64,000 bases of DNA from Octopus vulgaris (Eukaryota). Location of the stretch: NCBI GenBank assembly GCA_951406725.2, contig OX597815.1, positions 162,130,001 to 162,194,000 on the forward strand, read 5' to 3'. The translations under genes and the position numbers were made by a program. The notes under the pieces are model-generated. The model had not been told where the DNA came from and made no database searches. It saw only the letters and a program-made list of their open reading frames with translations. Of the stretch, positions 1-12,366 are shown one piece after another (position 1 is the first letter of the stretch; each line of letters starts with the position of its first letter).

Positions 1-112
1 AGACAGATTTTCACAATTTATATTTTATTTTTGTGCACTTTATTTTTTTGTAGTTGTGGAGTACACACTTATACACAGTGTCGTATTCAAAATGATATTC
101 TTTTTCTTTTTT

Positions 113-314
113 CTTTTATTCTTTTTATTTGTTTCACTCATTTGACTGCAGCCATGCTGGAGCACCACCTTTAGTCAAGCAATTCGACCCCAGGACTTAT
201 TCTTTGTAAGCCTAGTACTTATTCTGTCGGTGTCTCTTGCTGAACTGGGGACGTAAACACACCAGCATCGGTTGTCAAGTGATGTTGGGGGGACAAACAC
301 AGACACACAAACAT

Positions 315-403
<89 letters not shown>

Positions 404-574
404 ATATACACAACAGGCTTCTTTCAGTTTGCGTCTACCAAATCCACTCACAAGGCTTTGGTCAGCCCAAGGCTATAGTAGAAGACACTTACCCAAGGTG
501 CCATACAGTGGGACTGAACCCAGAACTATGTGGTTGGTAAGCAAGCTACTTACCACACAGCCACTCCTGCGCCT
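113..574 (-). mobile_element. tRNA-derived SINE, family 1 (full length)
   Basis: Reverse complement begins GGCGCAGGAGTGGCTGTGTGGTAAG (A box), GGTTCAGTCCC (B box), CACCTTGGGYAAGTG, internal (TA)/(TG) microsatellite, tail ...GACTGAAACAAGTAAAAGA. Other copies or fragments at about 5378-5777(-), 9238-9480(-), 11583-12530(+, split), 17140-17470(-), 18740-19490(-, split), 19530-19865(+), 22320-22938(-), 25146-25610(+), 27665-28320(+, split), 37066-37422(+), 41872-42320(+), 48310-48662(-), 48690-49020(+), 52332-52652(+). Confidence 0.9.
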
Positions 575-1489
575 ATGTTTACTATATGTTTCAGTGAGAG
601 AGTGTTTCATTTCAATGACTAGAAATAACAGCCTATTCTTTAAAAAATATTTTTAAAATGTAAGTACACATAATATAATGCAATTCTATATGATAAAACC
701 AAAAAACAAAAAGAGATGGTCACAGCTGGAAAGTCATTGATCATCATTCTACTCAACAAGACCTGACCAGGGGCTAAACAACAACAACTAACCAACCAGC
801 TGCAAACCACAGTCTCCAGATAAATAAATACCAACAGCAAAGAACACTGTATTCTCCTCTACTTTAATCTGTCATTTACTGGATTATAAACAAAATAATA
901 TGTTCTTGAACAGAAATAAAGCTGTCGTCATCTTTAATCTTAACAGGGATTAAGGTTAAAGAGAATGTCAACTAAAAGCAGATTAAAGTTGTTGTCATAT
1001 TTAATCTCACAGATCAGAGCAACATAAAAAAAAATCTATGAAGGTAAAACAGTAGCATCCGAGAAAACTAGTATTGGACTGTGTCAGCAAATAAAAAGTA
1101 CAAAATAAATTGTTTTACCCTGAGGGAGAGAAGAAGTGTAATATTTCAGCTAGAATTCTTTATCAGAAGTATTGATGTGAAACGTTAAATTTCTCCTCTT
1201 CTTCATTACACAATAATTTATCCCAATTTGAGGACATTTTAAAAAATATATACAAGCAATAAATGATATATTTTGGGGTTTTTTTCTGTTTTTTAATGGT
1301 AATGTTCATGGGTTTCCTTATTTCATTCAGTATTGGCTGTTCTAATATAATTTCCTCTTCTTCAGGATCATCATTTCCTTCAGCCTTGCTATGTAGAATC
1401 TCATCTGGAATTTCTTCATCAGTGGGTTGAACAGCTAAGATCACCTTCATCAATTTCCTGAACATCATCTCTAGTTGTTTTCTAATTGA

Positions 1490-2247
1490 CAGCATTTACC
1501 TTTGTTGGCAACCAAAGGTCTGTCTTTCTCTGAGTGAAAGGAAGATTGTATGATGCATGTGTACAAACAGCAATGGTACATGGTAATGAGATGCAGGCCT
1601 CAGATACTGAAAACATGCAAAGGCTAGAGAGGAATGAAGCTAGTATGCTCAACCAGATGTTCCAAGTGAGTGTACATGTGTGACAGAGCACTAGTATATT
1701 GATAGAAAAGTTGGGCATAAGAGGAATCAGATACCATGTGCAAAAGAAAAGACTGCACTAGTCATGAGATGCATATGGATGTAAACATAAAGAAGTACCA
1801 CTCACTTAAAGTGGACGGAACTTGTGGAAGAGGGAAACCCAGGAAGTCATGGAACAAAGTATTGAAGCCTAACCTCAAGACATTGAGCCTTACAAAGGAG
1901 ATGACAAACGACTGAGATATCTGGTGCCTTGCTACATTCAAGAAAACATGTCAACCACAGCAAAATTGATACTGATGCTGGGGCTACATAAAAAGCATTG
2001 GTGCTGGTGTCACTTAAAAAACACTTATGCTGGTGCCACATAAAAAGAACTGGTAATAGTACCATGTTAAACGTACTCAGTACACTCTGTGGAGGGATTG
2101 GCATTAGGAAAGGCATCCAGTCATAGAAACCATGCTGGAACAGACTATGGAGCCTGGTATGACTTCCGGTTTTACCAGCTCTAGTCAACCCATGCCAGCA
2201 TAGAACACACACATTAAATAATGATGATGATGATGATGATGATGATG
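1490..2247 (+). mobile_element. RTE-clade LINE, 5'-truncated degraded 3' end
   Basis: Homologous to 14184-15153 (KGRLYDACV..AM.HG.E; GTCGRGKPRK), 3' UTR repeats, (GAT)n tail at 2221-2246. Confidence 0.85.
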
Positions 2248-2794
2248 TACTGAGAATCATTTGCCTTAAATCCTTTCAAATCCAAATTAGGGATTTGAAA
2301 CTTCTTCCCATCCATTTGCCAAAGCCATAATCTTTGACTCATTCCATGAATGTGCAAAGTTAAAAAATGCAAACTTGATATTATAGGTGCATAGATTCTG
2401 AAATGTCTTGCATCTCCCCACTATCTTCTGTATTTTCTTCATCCTCAAATACTACCATTATTTCTTCCAAAAATTTTTTTTATCCCACAACCTTTTACAG
2501 GCAACAATTTAATCTTTAATACATTTGCTGAATAAATGTGCTAAGAGGCAAAAAAAATTAAATTAATCAATTCTACCATCTCTACTAACTTCTCCATGCT
2601 CATGTAAGCAAGGGTATTGTCAAAAACTAACATTATAAGGAGAAGTCTTCTGAAAAATTTGTCTGGAAGTATCTCACTTCAGGGACAAAAAGATTTTTTT
2701 TAAATCACTCAGAGAAAAATCCTGGAAATAAAGAATATATTCTTTGAGCTGGTGTATATTACTTGTAACTGATTTATTACATTTTTAAGACTAT

Positions 2795-3068
2795 CATCAT
2801 CATCATCATCATCATCATTTAGCGTCCGTTTTCCATGCTAGCATGGGTTGGACGGTTCAACTGGGGTCTGGGGAGCCCGAAGGCTGCACCAGGCCAGTCA
2901 GATCTGGCAGTTTTGTTATGTGCCCACATCACAGAGGCCAGTCGATGCAGTACTGGCTACGGCCACGTTCGGATGGTTGTCTTGTGTGCCACCGGTACTG
3001 GTACCACAAAGATACAAATTCCATTGATGTTCATCTATTTTGATTTGGTATGATTTGATTTGATTTGA
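2795..3068 (-). mobile_element. RTE LINE 3' UTR fragment with 11-bp TSD
   Basis: (CAT)n then CGTCCGTTTTCCATGCTAGCATGGGTTGGACGG; flanked by direct repeat TTTAAGACTAT at 2784-2794 and 3069-3079. Confidence 0.85.
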
Positions 3069-3142
3069 TTTAAGACTATATGGGTTTTTTTTTAAATTTC
3101 CTTTCCACATTGGATTCCAGACATAAGCCACTCCTTATTTAA

Positions 3143-3368
3143 TCCTTTGACTGTAGAAATCAGATATATCCACTCCAAAATTTCATTACTCTTAATAGTG
3201 GAAAACAGTTTTATATACAAATCTTATCATATTTGAAACTATTTTCTATTGAGATATGTCAAGTGTATTGAGGCAATGTGACCCACAGAAAGAACTAATT
3301 CTATTTTTCAGTAGATATTTAGCATCATTACTAGAATAACCATGAAATTTAATTTCACAGTGAAAGGG
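3143..3368. mobile_element. piggyBac-type MITE
   Basis: TTAA at 3139-3142 and 3369-3372; imperfect TIRs TCCTTTGACTGTAGAAAT / ATTTCACAGTGAAAGGG; removal restores the Tigger frame GHKLNKE. Confidence 0.75.
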
Positions 3369-3464
3369 TTAATTTGTGACCAGGAGTGCCATGTTCGTGT
3401 TTGCAGACTAAGGTATTTTCAAGAAGAGAATGACAGAAAAGATCAGTTTCATCAGCATGGTAAA

Positions 3465-3857
3465 TCTCTCTATATATAAAGCTAAAGTTATCTGTGTATG
3501 GCAGGTTTGGTAGCCTTCAACTAACACTATCTCCTCCGAGACCCTGCGGCGAAAGTTGACCAAAATTGAGAGTATGATAGAAGAAGGCTTGCTCTTCCTT
3601 CTGTAGAAGAAAAAATTCAAATCGGACCATGTTAAGACCAAAAATTATTTACATCAAAAACGTGCTTTTTTTTCTATGAAAATCCCTATTTTTTACGATT
3701 TTTTTACTTCTGTGTCGCCATTTTTCGATGTATTTCAACCAGAAAAATGTTCACTTAAAGAGAATAACAAGCTACATAATGCAAAATTTTTACTTTTCAA
3801 AAATTCCAATTCTAAAAGGTCGAAACAAACCTGAGAAACGCTAGGCGATACTGCTAG
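3465..3857 (+). mobile_element. Non-autonomous Helitron
   Basis: 5' TC (TCTCTCTATATATAAAGCT), 3' CTAG preceded by a degenerate hairpin, inserted between A and T with no TSD; removal restores the Tigger IYHADET frame. Confidence 0.8.
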
Positions 3858-4320
3858 TCTATGATAAAATAAAACCCTCAACACCAAAAAGTTCATTCAT
3901 AAATTTTCTAAATCTCTCAACTTGTTTAAGTATCTGCATTTAAGAACTCCCTAAAGGTTTTCGTTTTCACAATGCCAAGGCTTTTTCTCTCAAAAGGGAC
4001 ACAGCCACTTATTACTTGCCTTATCATAAAAAACCATTTCTAAACTTTATATACAAGATTTTGTACATAAACATTGTTAGACCTCTGATGAACACGCTAC
4101 TTATATACAGCTACTTTTAAGCTTTCATCTAACATAACTTTTCATGTGGTTTCTACTACAGAGTTTAGGGTCACTTTTAATGCTGCTGACACTACATTTT
4201 AATGAAAACTGTTGCTATTTAGCTTTGATTTACATTTCTCAGAAATGGTCAGTCTTTTAACCCTTTAAATATCACAAACATAAGGCCTTGTTCTACTTTA
4301 TCAATTAGTTCTAATTTCAC

Positions 4321-4710
4321 GTGTGCAGGAGTGGCTGTGTGGTAAGTAGCTTGCTTACCAACCACATTGTTCTGGATTCAGTCCCACTGCGTGACACTTT
4401 GGGCGAATGCCTTCTACTATAGCCTCAGGCTGACCAGCCTTGTGAGTGAATGAAAGAAGCCCGTCGTATATATGTATATGTATATATATGTGTGTGTGTT
4501 TGTGTCTCTTTTTGTCCCCCCCCACCAACATTGCTTGATAACCGATGCTGGTGTGTTTACATCCCTGTACCTTAGCAGTTCAGAAAAAGAGACCGATAGA
4601 GTAAGTACTAGGCTTACAAAGAAAAAGTCCTGGGGTCGATTTGCTCGACTAAAGGCAGTGCTCCAGCATGACCACAGTCAAATGACTGAAACAAGTAAAA
4701 GAGTAAAAAA
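4321..4710 (+). mobile_element. tRNA-derived SINE, family 1
   Basis: Same head, body and GTAAAAGA tail as 113-574; inserted in the Tigger 5' coding region. Confidence 0.9.
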
Positions 4711-6647
4711 AGAGATGCCTTCTTTTAACTTCTTTATCACTTGATGTCCTTTTACACAGCAAGGATTGCAAAATTTTAGTAAAATAAAGTAACAATTTAA
4801 TACTGCATACAATCAGACTGTACAATAGTTTTACAGTGACTTGTAAAAGCAACCAGCACACTCGGTTGAAATGTTGGTGTTAGGAAAGGCATCCAGCTGT
4901 AGAAACTAAGCTAAAACACGCAATCGGAGTTTGGACAGATACCTGAAAACCAGCTCCATGTCAAACCATCCAACCCATACCAGCATGGAAAGCAGATGTT
5001 AAACGATGATGCTGCTGATAATGAAGACTAGGAGGGAGCCTGTCCCATGCTATCCAAAAACAAATGCACTTCTATCATGTCTTCTCACACACACATACAC
5101 ACACATATATATATTGTAGAAGACAATTGCCCAAGGTTTCATGCTGTGAGATTGAACCCAAAACTACTTGGTGCTGGTTGCAAAGTAAAAATCTTTGCTT
5201 CACAGCCATACCTGCATCTATTAGTCTATGAAGTTTCCATTACCATGACTACTAGTAGTATCACTAGATTTCAGATAAAGAGTAAAATACTTTGCTATTA
5301 TACTCTTGACTACAGTATAATATATGCACCCTGCCAACAATAGAGTTTTAACTCATAGAGCAATATTTAAAACTTATACTCTTTTATTCTATTACTTGTT
5401 TCAGTCATTTGACCATGGCCATGCTGGAGCGCCACCTTTAATTGAGCAAATTGACTTATTCTTTGTAAGCCTAGTACTTTTTCTATCCATCTCTTTTGCT
5501 GAACCACTAAGTTACGGGGACGTAAACACACCAGCATCGGTTGTCAAGTGATGTTGGGGGGACAAATACGGACACACAAACATACACACACACACACACA
5601 TATACATATATACGACGGGCTTCTGTCAGTTTCCGTCTACCAAATCCACTCACAAGGCTTTGGTTGGCCCGACACTAGAGTAGAAGACACTTGCCCAAGG
5701 TGCCACACAGTGGGACTGAACCCGAAACCAAGTGGTTTGTAAGCAAGCTACTTACTACACAGCCACTCCTACACCTATAGGCATAGGAGTGACTGTGTGG
5801 AAAATATAATGTTATAATAATATTTTCAAGCATTGTATCTTAAATCAATTATATTCATGCCAGTGTCACATAAAATGCACTTGTGGAAATGCCTTGTAAA
5901 ATGCACACATGCCGGTGCAATGTTAAATGCACCCATGCTGGTACCACATCAAAGTACCCTTACCGGTAGGACATAAAAACCACCCAGCACACTCTGTAAA
6001 GTGATTGACATTAGAAAGAGCATCCAGCTGTAGAATCCATGCAAAAACAGACAATTAAAGCCTGGACAGCTCTCCAACTGGCCAGCTCCTGTCAAACCAT
6101 CCAACCTATGCCAGAATGGAATACGGACATTAGAAGATGATAATGAAGATGATGGCGATGATGATGATGATCATCATCATCATCATGACAACAATGACGA
6201 TGACAATGACGACGACGATAATGATGACTGCGCCTATAAATTGGTGACTTTATGCTTATGTTAGAAATCTTTATTATCTCCAGTCAATATCCTGGAAACC
6301 AGATCTTTGCTTGAGTGGGGCTGTTGACCCATCTTGTACATAAACATCTTCTGCATATAGCAAGAGAGAGAGAGAGAGAGACACACAAAACGTGTTTCCA
6401 ACAAAGCCAACTAGTGTTAAAAGAAGAATAACTGAAGATTAAATGATTTTATTGCTAGGATAATAGTATAATGAAACGGGATTACAGGCAAAACAAATGC
6501 AATAAGTCTATTGCTTGAGTTCACAACAAAACACCGATTCAATCATGTAAAATATTTAACGATTATCATATATATAATTCATTAATAAATGATATATTGA
6601 TATATACATAGATACTTATACATGTGTGTGCATGTGTATTTGTATAT

Positions 6648-6722
<75 letters not shown>

Positions 6723-6761
6723 TATACATATATATATATTTATGCACACATGCACACATAT

Positions 6762-6799
<38 letters not shown>

Positions 6800-6800
<1 letters not shown>

Positions 6801-7459
6801 TGTTTCTTTATTAGCCACACAGGGCTGCACACAGACAGGACAAATTACAAGGTAGAGCTTTTCTTTTGGGGGTTGAAAAAAGGGGGTTGGTTTTCAATCA
6901 AAAGGGATCGTAAAAGGAAAGAAAGAGGACAAAAAGGGGGGGGGGATAAAATAAATAAATAAATAATGGGGGGGGACATTTATCAATAGGGATCGTTATC
7001 ACAGAAATGTCATTATGAAGTGTAAAGAGGGGGACAGGTGAGGTTCACCCGTGGAAAGAAAAGCCTACGGAAAAGACGACGGTAACCTCGGTCAATGAAG
7101 TCACATGTTATATTTCTTTTTTTTTTTTGAAAATAAGCAACTCTCTATTAATTTTTACGGTTCATAGAATCATAGTCAAGGTGGCTTCGTCATTCATACA
7201 TGCTATCCTTGCTACATTCACCCATCTTTTTTTCAAACATTCACTAGACAAAACATGCCTCTCTACTCTCACTTTCCTCTTCAAGTGATACTTGAAGAAG
7301 TTGATGAGAGATTGACCAGAGAGGAAAGTGTTTGTCTCTAATCCTTTCAGGCGCGTCCACCAGATACATTCTTTCGCCATAGCCACAAGTATGATAAAAA
7401 TAGCTCTTCCTTCCAGTTTGAAGGAAGGAGGCGTGACGATATTAACGATAGACTCTAAC
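6800..7459 (-). mobile_element. Tx1/L1-clade LINE, 5'-truncated 3' end (copy 1)
   Basis: Track ORF 7162-7545 reads ...AIFIILVAMAKECIWWTRLKG..FFKYHLKRKVRVER..KRWVNVAR*, typical of Tx1 ORF2 C-termini; T-rich 3' UTR ending AATAAAGAAACA; (GATA)n on both sides. Confidence 0.75.
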
Positions 7460-7527
<68 letters not shown>

Positions 7528-8050
7528 TGTTTCTTTATTAGCCATTCAGGGCTGAACACAGAGGGGACAAATTACAAAGTAGAGCTTTACTTTTTGGGGA
7601 GAAAAGAAAAAAAAAGTGGGGTAGGTTTTTGATCAAAAGGGATTTTAAAAAAGAAAGAAAAAAACGATAAATAGGGATCCTGTATCACAGAAATGTCATG
7701 ATGTAAAGTGTAAAGGGGGAAACAAATAAGGTTTATACGTGGAAAGAAAAGACCACAGTAACCTCGGTCAATAATGTCACATGTTAACACATTTATTTGC
7801 AAGTAAGAAACTCACTGTTTTCAATTTTTCCAGGTTCATAGGATTATGCTCAAGGTGGCTTCGTCATTCATATGTGCCATCCTTGCTACATTCACCCATC
7901 ATTTTTTCAAACATTCGCTAGACAAAACTTGCCTCTCTACTCTCACTTTCCTTTTCAAGTGATACTTGAAGAAGATGATAAGGGATTGACCAGAGAGGAA
8001 AATGTTTATCTGTAATCCTTTCAAACACGTCCACCAGATACATTCTTTCA
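7528..8050 (-). mobile_element. Tx1/L1-clade LINE 3' end (copy 2, tandem)
   Basis: Aligns by eye to 6800-7375 (shared CAAGGTGGCTTCGTCATTCATA, CTCTCTACTCTCACTTTCC, CCACCAGATACATTCTTTC) with a different 5' truncation point; (GATA)n on both sides. Confidence 0.75.
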
Positions 8051-8574
8051 TCTAGATAGATAGATAGATAGATAGATAGAAACACACATACATACACACT
8101 CATCAAAAGGGTTCAAAGGTACTTCTTAAGCTATTGGCTCATAAGGCCAGTTTCCCAGATTCTGGGGTGTATATATTCCCCACTGGATAGAACACCAGTC
8201 TATCACAATATAACATTACTTTTTTCTTGCCAGAAACAAAGAAATGAAACAAACAAACGAACACTTTTGTCACTCTCTTGGGTTGCTATAATAGGTTCTA
8301 ATAACAAGCATTGCAAGACTATATTTTGATTGCAAGTTTTATATAAGAGTACCTTTTTCTTAGAACAGCTGCCTTCCCTATGGCTTTGTGAGAAATAACA
8401 AAATTCTCCTCTACTCCTGGAAAATCTCTTTAACTCATAGATGGGGCTCTGACAGGTACTACCATTCTGTGTCAGAACAGACCTAGGAGAATGGTAATTA
8501 AGGAGTGACTACATGCTCCCTACAATTCTGGAACTCCCAAACTAGAGCCACAACACCAAATGTAGGTTAATATC

Positions 8575-8807
8575 TATTTCTTTACGACCTACAAGGGGCT
8601 AAACGCAGAGAGGACAAACAAGGACAGACAAACAGATTAAGTCGATTACATCGACCCCAGTGTGTAACTGGTACTTAATTTCTTGACCCCGAAAGGATGA
8701 AAGGCAAAGTCGACCTCGACAGAATTTAAACTCAGAACGTAACGGCAGACAAAATACAGCTATGCCTTTCGCCCGGTGTGCTAACGTTTCTACCAGCTCA
8801 TTGCCTT
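8575..8807 (-). mobile_element. tRNA-derived SINE, family 2 (central domain resembles the Meta domain), 14-bp TSD
   Basis: Head AAGGC..GAGCTGGYAGAAACGTTAGC, B box GAGTTYAAATTC, central GGTCGACTTTGCCTTTCATCCTTTCGGGGTC..AAGTACCAG; TSD TGTAGGTTAATATC at 8561-8574 and 8808-8821. Other copies about 10405-10631(-), 12784-13005(-), 18112-18333(-), 26200-26539(-), 28331-28550(+), 29914-30105(+), 58930-59580(+). Meta-domain assignment is from memory. Confidence 0.85.
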
Positions 8808-9511
8808 TGTAGGTTAATATCATACTGGGTATTACACACACACACACACATTTACAAGGTCAGAGAGTGACCGTTAGTTTTGTACCTCTAAAGCATTTAG
8901 CTACATAAGTAACTTATCAGACTCAAATGGCCAGAGAACACAACCTCTCTATAAATATAAGTATATATATTAAAGATATTTGAGAAAGGTTAAGTTCAAT
9001 TAGAACATTTTTACTTTGGAGGGGAGCAAGGGGGCAAAAGTTAGATTTCTAATAAAGATTCTTCATATTAAAATTGTAGCTTACTAGTGCAAGTATTTAT
9101 TTTTAAAAATATGAAAATTTAACAAGCATAAAGTATGTTATGAGCATTTATAGGATATAATTCAATATAAACTCAACTAACAATTAAAAATTGAGAAGAG
9201 AAGATGTTAAGAGTTTATCAAATTTTTAATCCATATTCTCTTTTACTCTTTTACTTGTTTCAGTTATTTGACTGTGGCCATGCTGGAGCACCGTCTTTAG
9301 TCAAGCAAATTGACCCCAGGACTTATTCTTTGTAAGCCTAGTACTTATCCTATCGGTCTCTTTTGCCAAACTGCTAAGTTACGGGGACGTAAACACACCA
9401 GCATCAGTTGTCAAGCAACAGTGGTGGGACAAACACAGACACACAAACATATACATACACACATACATATATATATATACATAGACACTTATACATGTAT
9501 CTATGTATATA

Positions 9512-9858
9512 TCTCTCTATATATAAAGCTGAAGTTGTCTGTGTATGGTAGCTTTGGTAGCGTTCAACTAACACTATCTCCTCCGAGACCCTGCAGTGCA
9601 AGTTGACCAAACTTGAGAGTATGATAGAAGAAGGTTTGCTCTTCCTTTTGTAGAAGAAAAAATTCAAATCGGACCATGTTAACACCAAAAATTATTTACA
9701 TCAAAAAGGTGCTTTTTTCTATGAAAATCCCTATTTTTTTACGATTTTTTCACTGCTGTGTCGCCACTTTTTGGTGTATTTGAACCAGAAAAATGTTCAC
9801 TTGAAGAGAATAGCAAGCTACATAATGCAAAATTTTTACTTTTCAAAAATTCCAATTC
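9512..9858 (+). mobile_element. Non-autonomous Helitron, 3'-truncated second copy
   Basis: Highly similar to 3465-3812; lacks the terminal hairpin/CTAG. Confidence 0.8.
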
Positions 9859-11748
9859 CAGCGTGTGTGTGTGTATGTGTAAACATGTTTTAGAAATATA
9901 AGGGATTTTGCACATGAGGAAAAAATCAAAGCCACTGAGTTAAACATTTCGATATCAAATCATCTGACACTGGCCCTAGTTCAATGATACAAATTCACTA
10001 TTTTTAGTGGTCTAAATTAAAACCTTCCATTGAAATTTTCGTGCTAATATATATTCTAAACACCAACTTTATAATGACAAAGTTATTTTAATAAATTCTT
10101 CATTATTTTCAAGTTAATTGAAACACAGCTGACCTATTTTATTGACTGTCATTTTCTTATAAATGTCATTATCAATTGATTATTTACTTCAATTTGTAGT
10201 TATTAATTGTTAACATTGAAGATGACTGTGAACAATAGCCATGGCTCATATTTAGTGCTTATTGATCTTTAAATACCTTTATTCTATAAGCTGTTTAATT
10301 AATTTATTGGAGGTTATCCTAATTTTATCAGATCAATATTTTTCAATGAACAAACAATAATTGATTTCAATTGCTGATATATTTTTTCATGCATTTCTTA
10401 TTTATTTATTGCTCACAAGAGGCTAAACATAGAGGGGACAAACAAGGATAGACAAAGGGATTAAGTTGATTACATCGACCTCAGTGCATAACTGGTACTT
10501 AATTTATTGACCCCGAAAGGATGACAGGCAAAGTCGAACTCGGCAGAATTTGAACTCAGAACATAATGGCAGACGAAATACAGCCAAGTATTTTGCCAGG
10601 CATGCTACTGTTTCTGCCAGTTCACTGCCTTTTTCATACATTTCTCTTATAAGAATACTAAAAGGCTGGTAAAATTGGATTGTGGTAGTTAAAAGGGAGT
10701 CACTGGTCATCTGTAAATGTGTGTACATACTACTGCTAATTGTTTTAAGTGTCTAATGTGATCACTTAAACAGGATTGGACACCTTTTTAGTTCTCCCAT
10801 TCTTTGACACCATGGCACATTCAAGATATTACAGCTGGAGGGAGATGGAGCTCCACAAACATTCCACCAGTACTCATTTTCAACTGGGTAGACTGAACCA
10901 TTGAGAAATTAAGTGCTTTGCCCAAAGAGGCAACATGCCACCCATTCCAGGAATTGAACCCAAATGCATTATGATCATGAGTCAAACAGCCTAACCACTA
11001 AGCTATGTACCTTCACATTTTGGCAGTATTATTGGAATGGATTGAAAACATTAGGAAGTGGCCTTGACAGTGGCCTTTTCTTTCTATACAAATCACAAAA
11101 AGGTTGTGTCCAAAGCTGCATGAAGAAATGAAAGATCAAGAAACATACCACATGGCTACAGATCTGCCTAAAATACAACAAAAAATATAATTCTTGAAGA
11201 TAAAAGCAAGTGCTAAACCAGCTGAGTTTAGTGAACCTGAAATACAATGCACTTTATCAATAGTTTCACCTACTAACATAGACACAAGTATTGTAGTTCA
11301 ATCAAATGTTATTGAGAAACTACAATATGTTCCAACTACTACATTTTAAAGAAGAACAGATTTCTGCTGATTGTGGATTGAATAAAAAAGACAATGGAGA
11401 GTGACTTTATGAAGCACTATCTATATACTTAGTGCCATATATACTCTTACCTACTGCTGTGACTTATATAAATACATAAGTTGCAGCAGAAGACAAGTGT
11501 CACTCCTTTCTGTTCATGATACTTTGGTTTCAACTATTGACCTGTACTTAAGTTGCATGTTGCTTTAGGCAAATACTTTATAACGTAGGAGTGGCTGTGT
11601 GGTAAGTAAGTAGTTTGCTTACCAACCACATGGTTCTGGGTTCAATCCCACTGCATGGCATCTTAGGCAAGTGTCTTCTACTATAGCCTTGGGCTGACCA
11701 AAGCCTTGTGAGTGGATTTGGTAGACGGAAACTGAAAGAAGCCCGTCG

Positions 11749-11796
<48 letters not shown>

Positions 11797-11797
<1 letters not shown>

Positions 11798-12299
11798 GAA
11801 GTAAATATATGGCACAACGAAGTACCGATATTTACTGGAAATAGCGAACGTAATAATACGACGCTAATGTATAGCTTCACCGCGTATGTACTAGCAAAAA
11901 TGTTAGCGTTTCGGCATTTCACTCGAGTGTAATGGCATTAATGTGGTAACATCTGAAAGGTTGTCATGGTATATGTTTGGCCGATGAAGATAGATCAAGT
12001 TTATGGGTGGCAGACATATCTTGAAAAATCTGAAACCTGCGCAGTCCCCACATTATCCTTTTCCAGGTATTTCATCTTTCAGATGTTCTCCTTGGAGGTA
12101 AGACAATTTTTTCTAGTTTGTTGCACACACGCATTTTTGCTAGTACATACGCGGTGAAGCTATACATTAGCGTCGTATTAATACGTTCGCTATTTCCAGT
12201 AAATATCGGTATATATGCCATATATTTACTTCTTTGTATATTTTTCCCTCACGGGCTATTCTTTACTGGAAAGCAATACTCTAGTATTGCATTACTAAT

Positions 12300-12305
<6 letters not shown>
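11797..12305. mobile_element. Probable Penelope-derived element with about 100-bp inverted repeat
   Basis: 11797-11902 is the reverse complement of about 12131-12232; related to 32693-33005; inserted in the (TA)n of a family-1 SINE. Confidence 0.5.

Positions 12306-12366
<61 letters not shown>

Larger units (their letters stand above)
1163..4752 (-). pseudogene. Tigger/pogo-family transposase fossil, fragmented by five later insertions
   Basis: Manual minus-strand translation gives, in order: SSDKEVKRRHL, VKLELIDKVEQG (N-terminal HTH), DESLKVAVYK, KASNKWL (CENP-B HTH), IYHADETDLFCHSLLENT..PGHKLNKE (DDE_1 first Asp), VIYTSSKN..FVPEVRYFQ, LVFDN, and an acidic C-terminus TDEEIPDEIL (track ORF 1163-1495). 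Many stops and frameshifts. Confidence 0.8.

Noticed and set aside
237-656. Recurrent ORF peptide ASFSFRLPNPLTRLWSA..YSRRHLPKVP
   Set aside because: Antisense translation of SINE family 1, seen at many copies.
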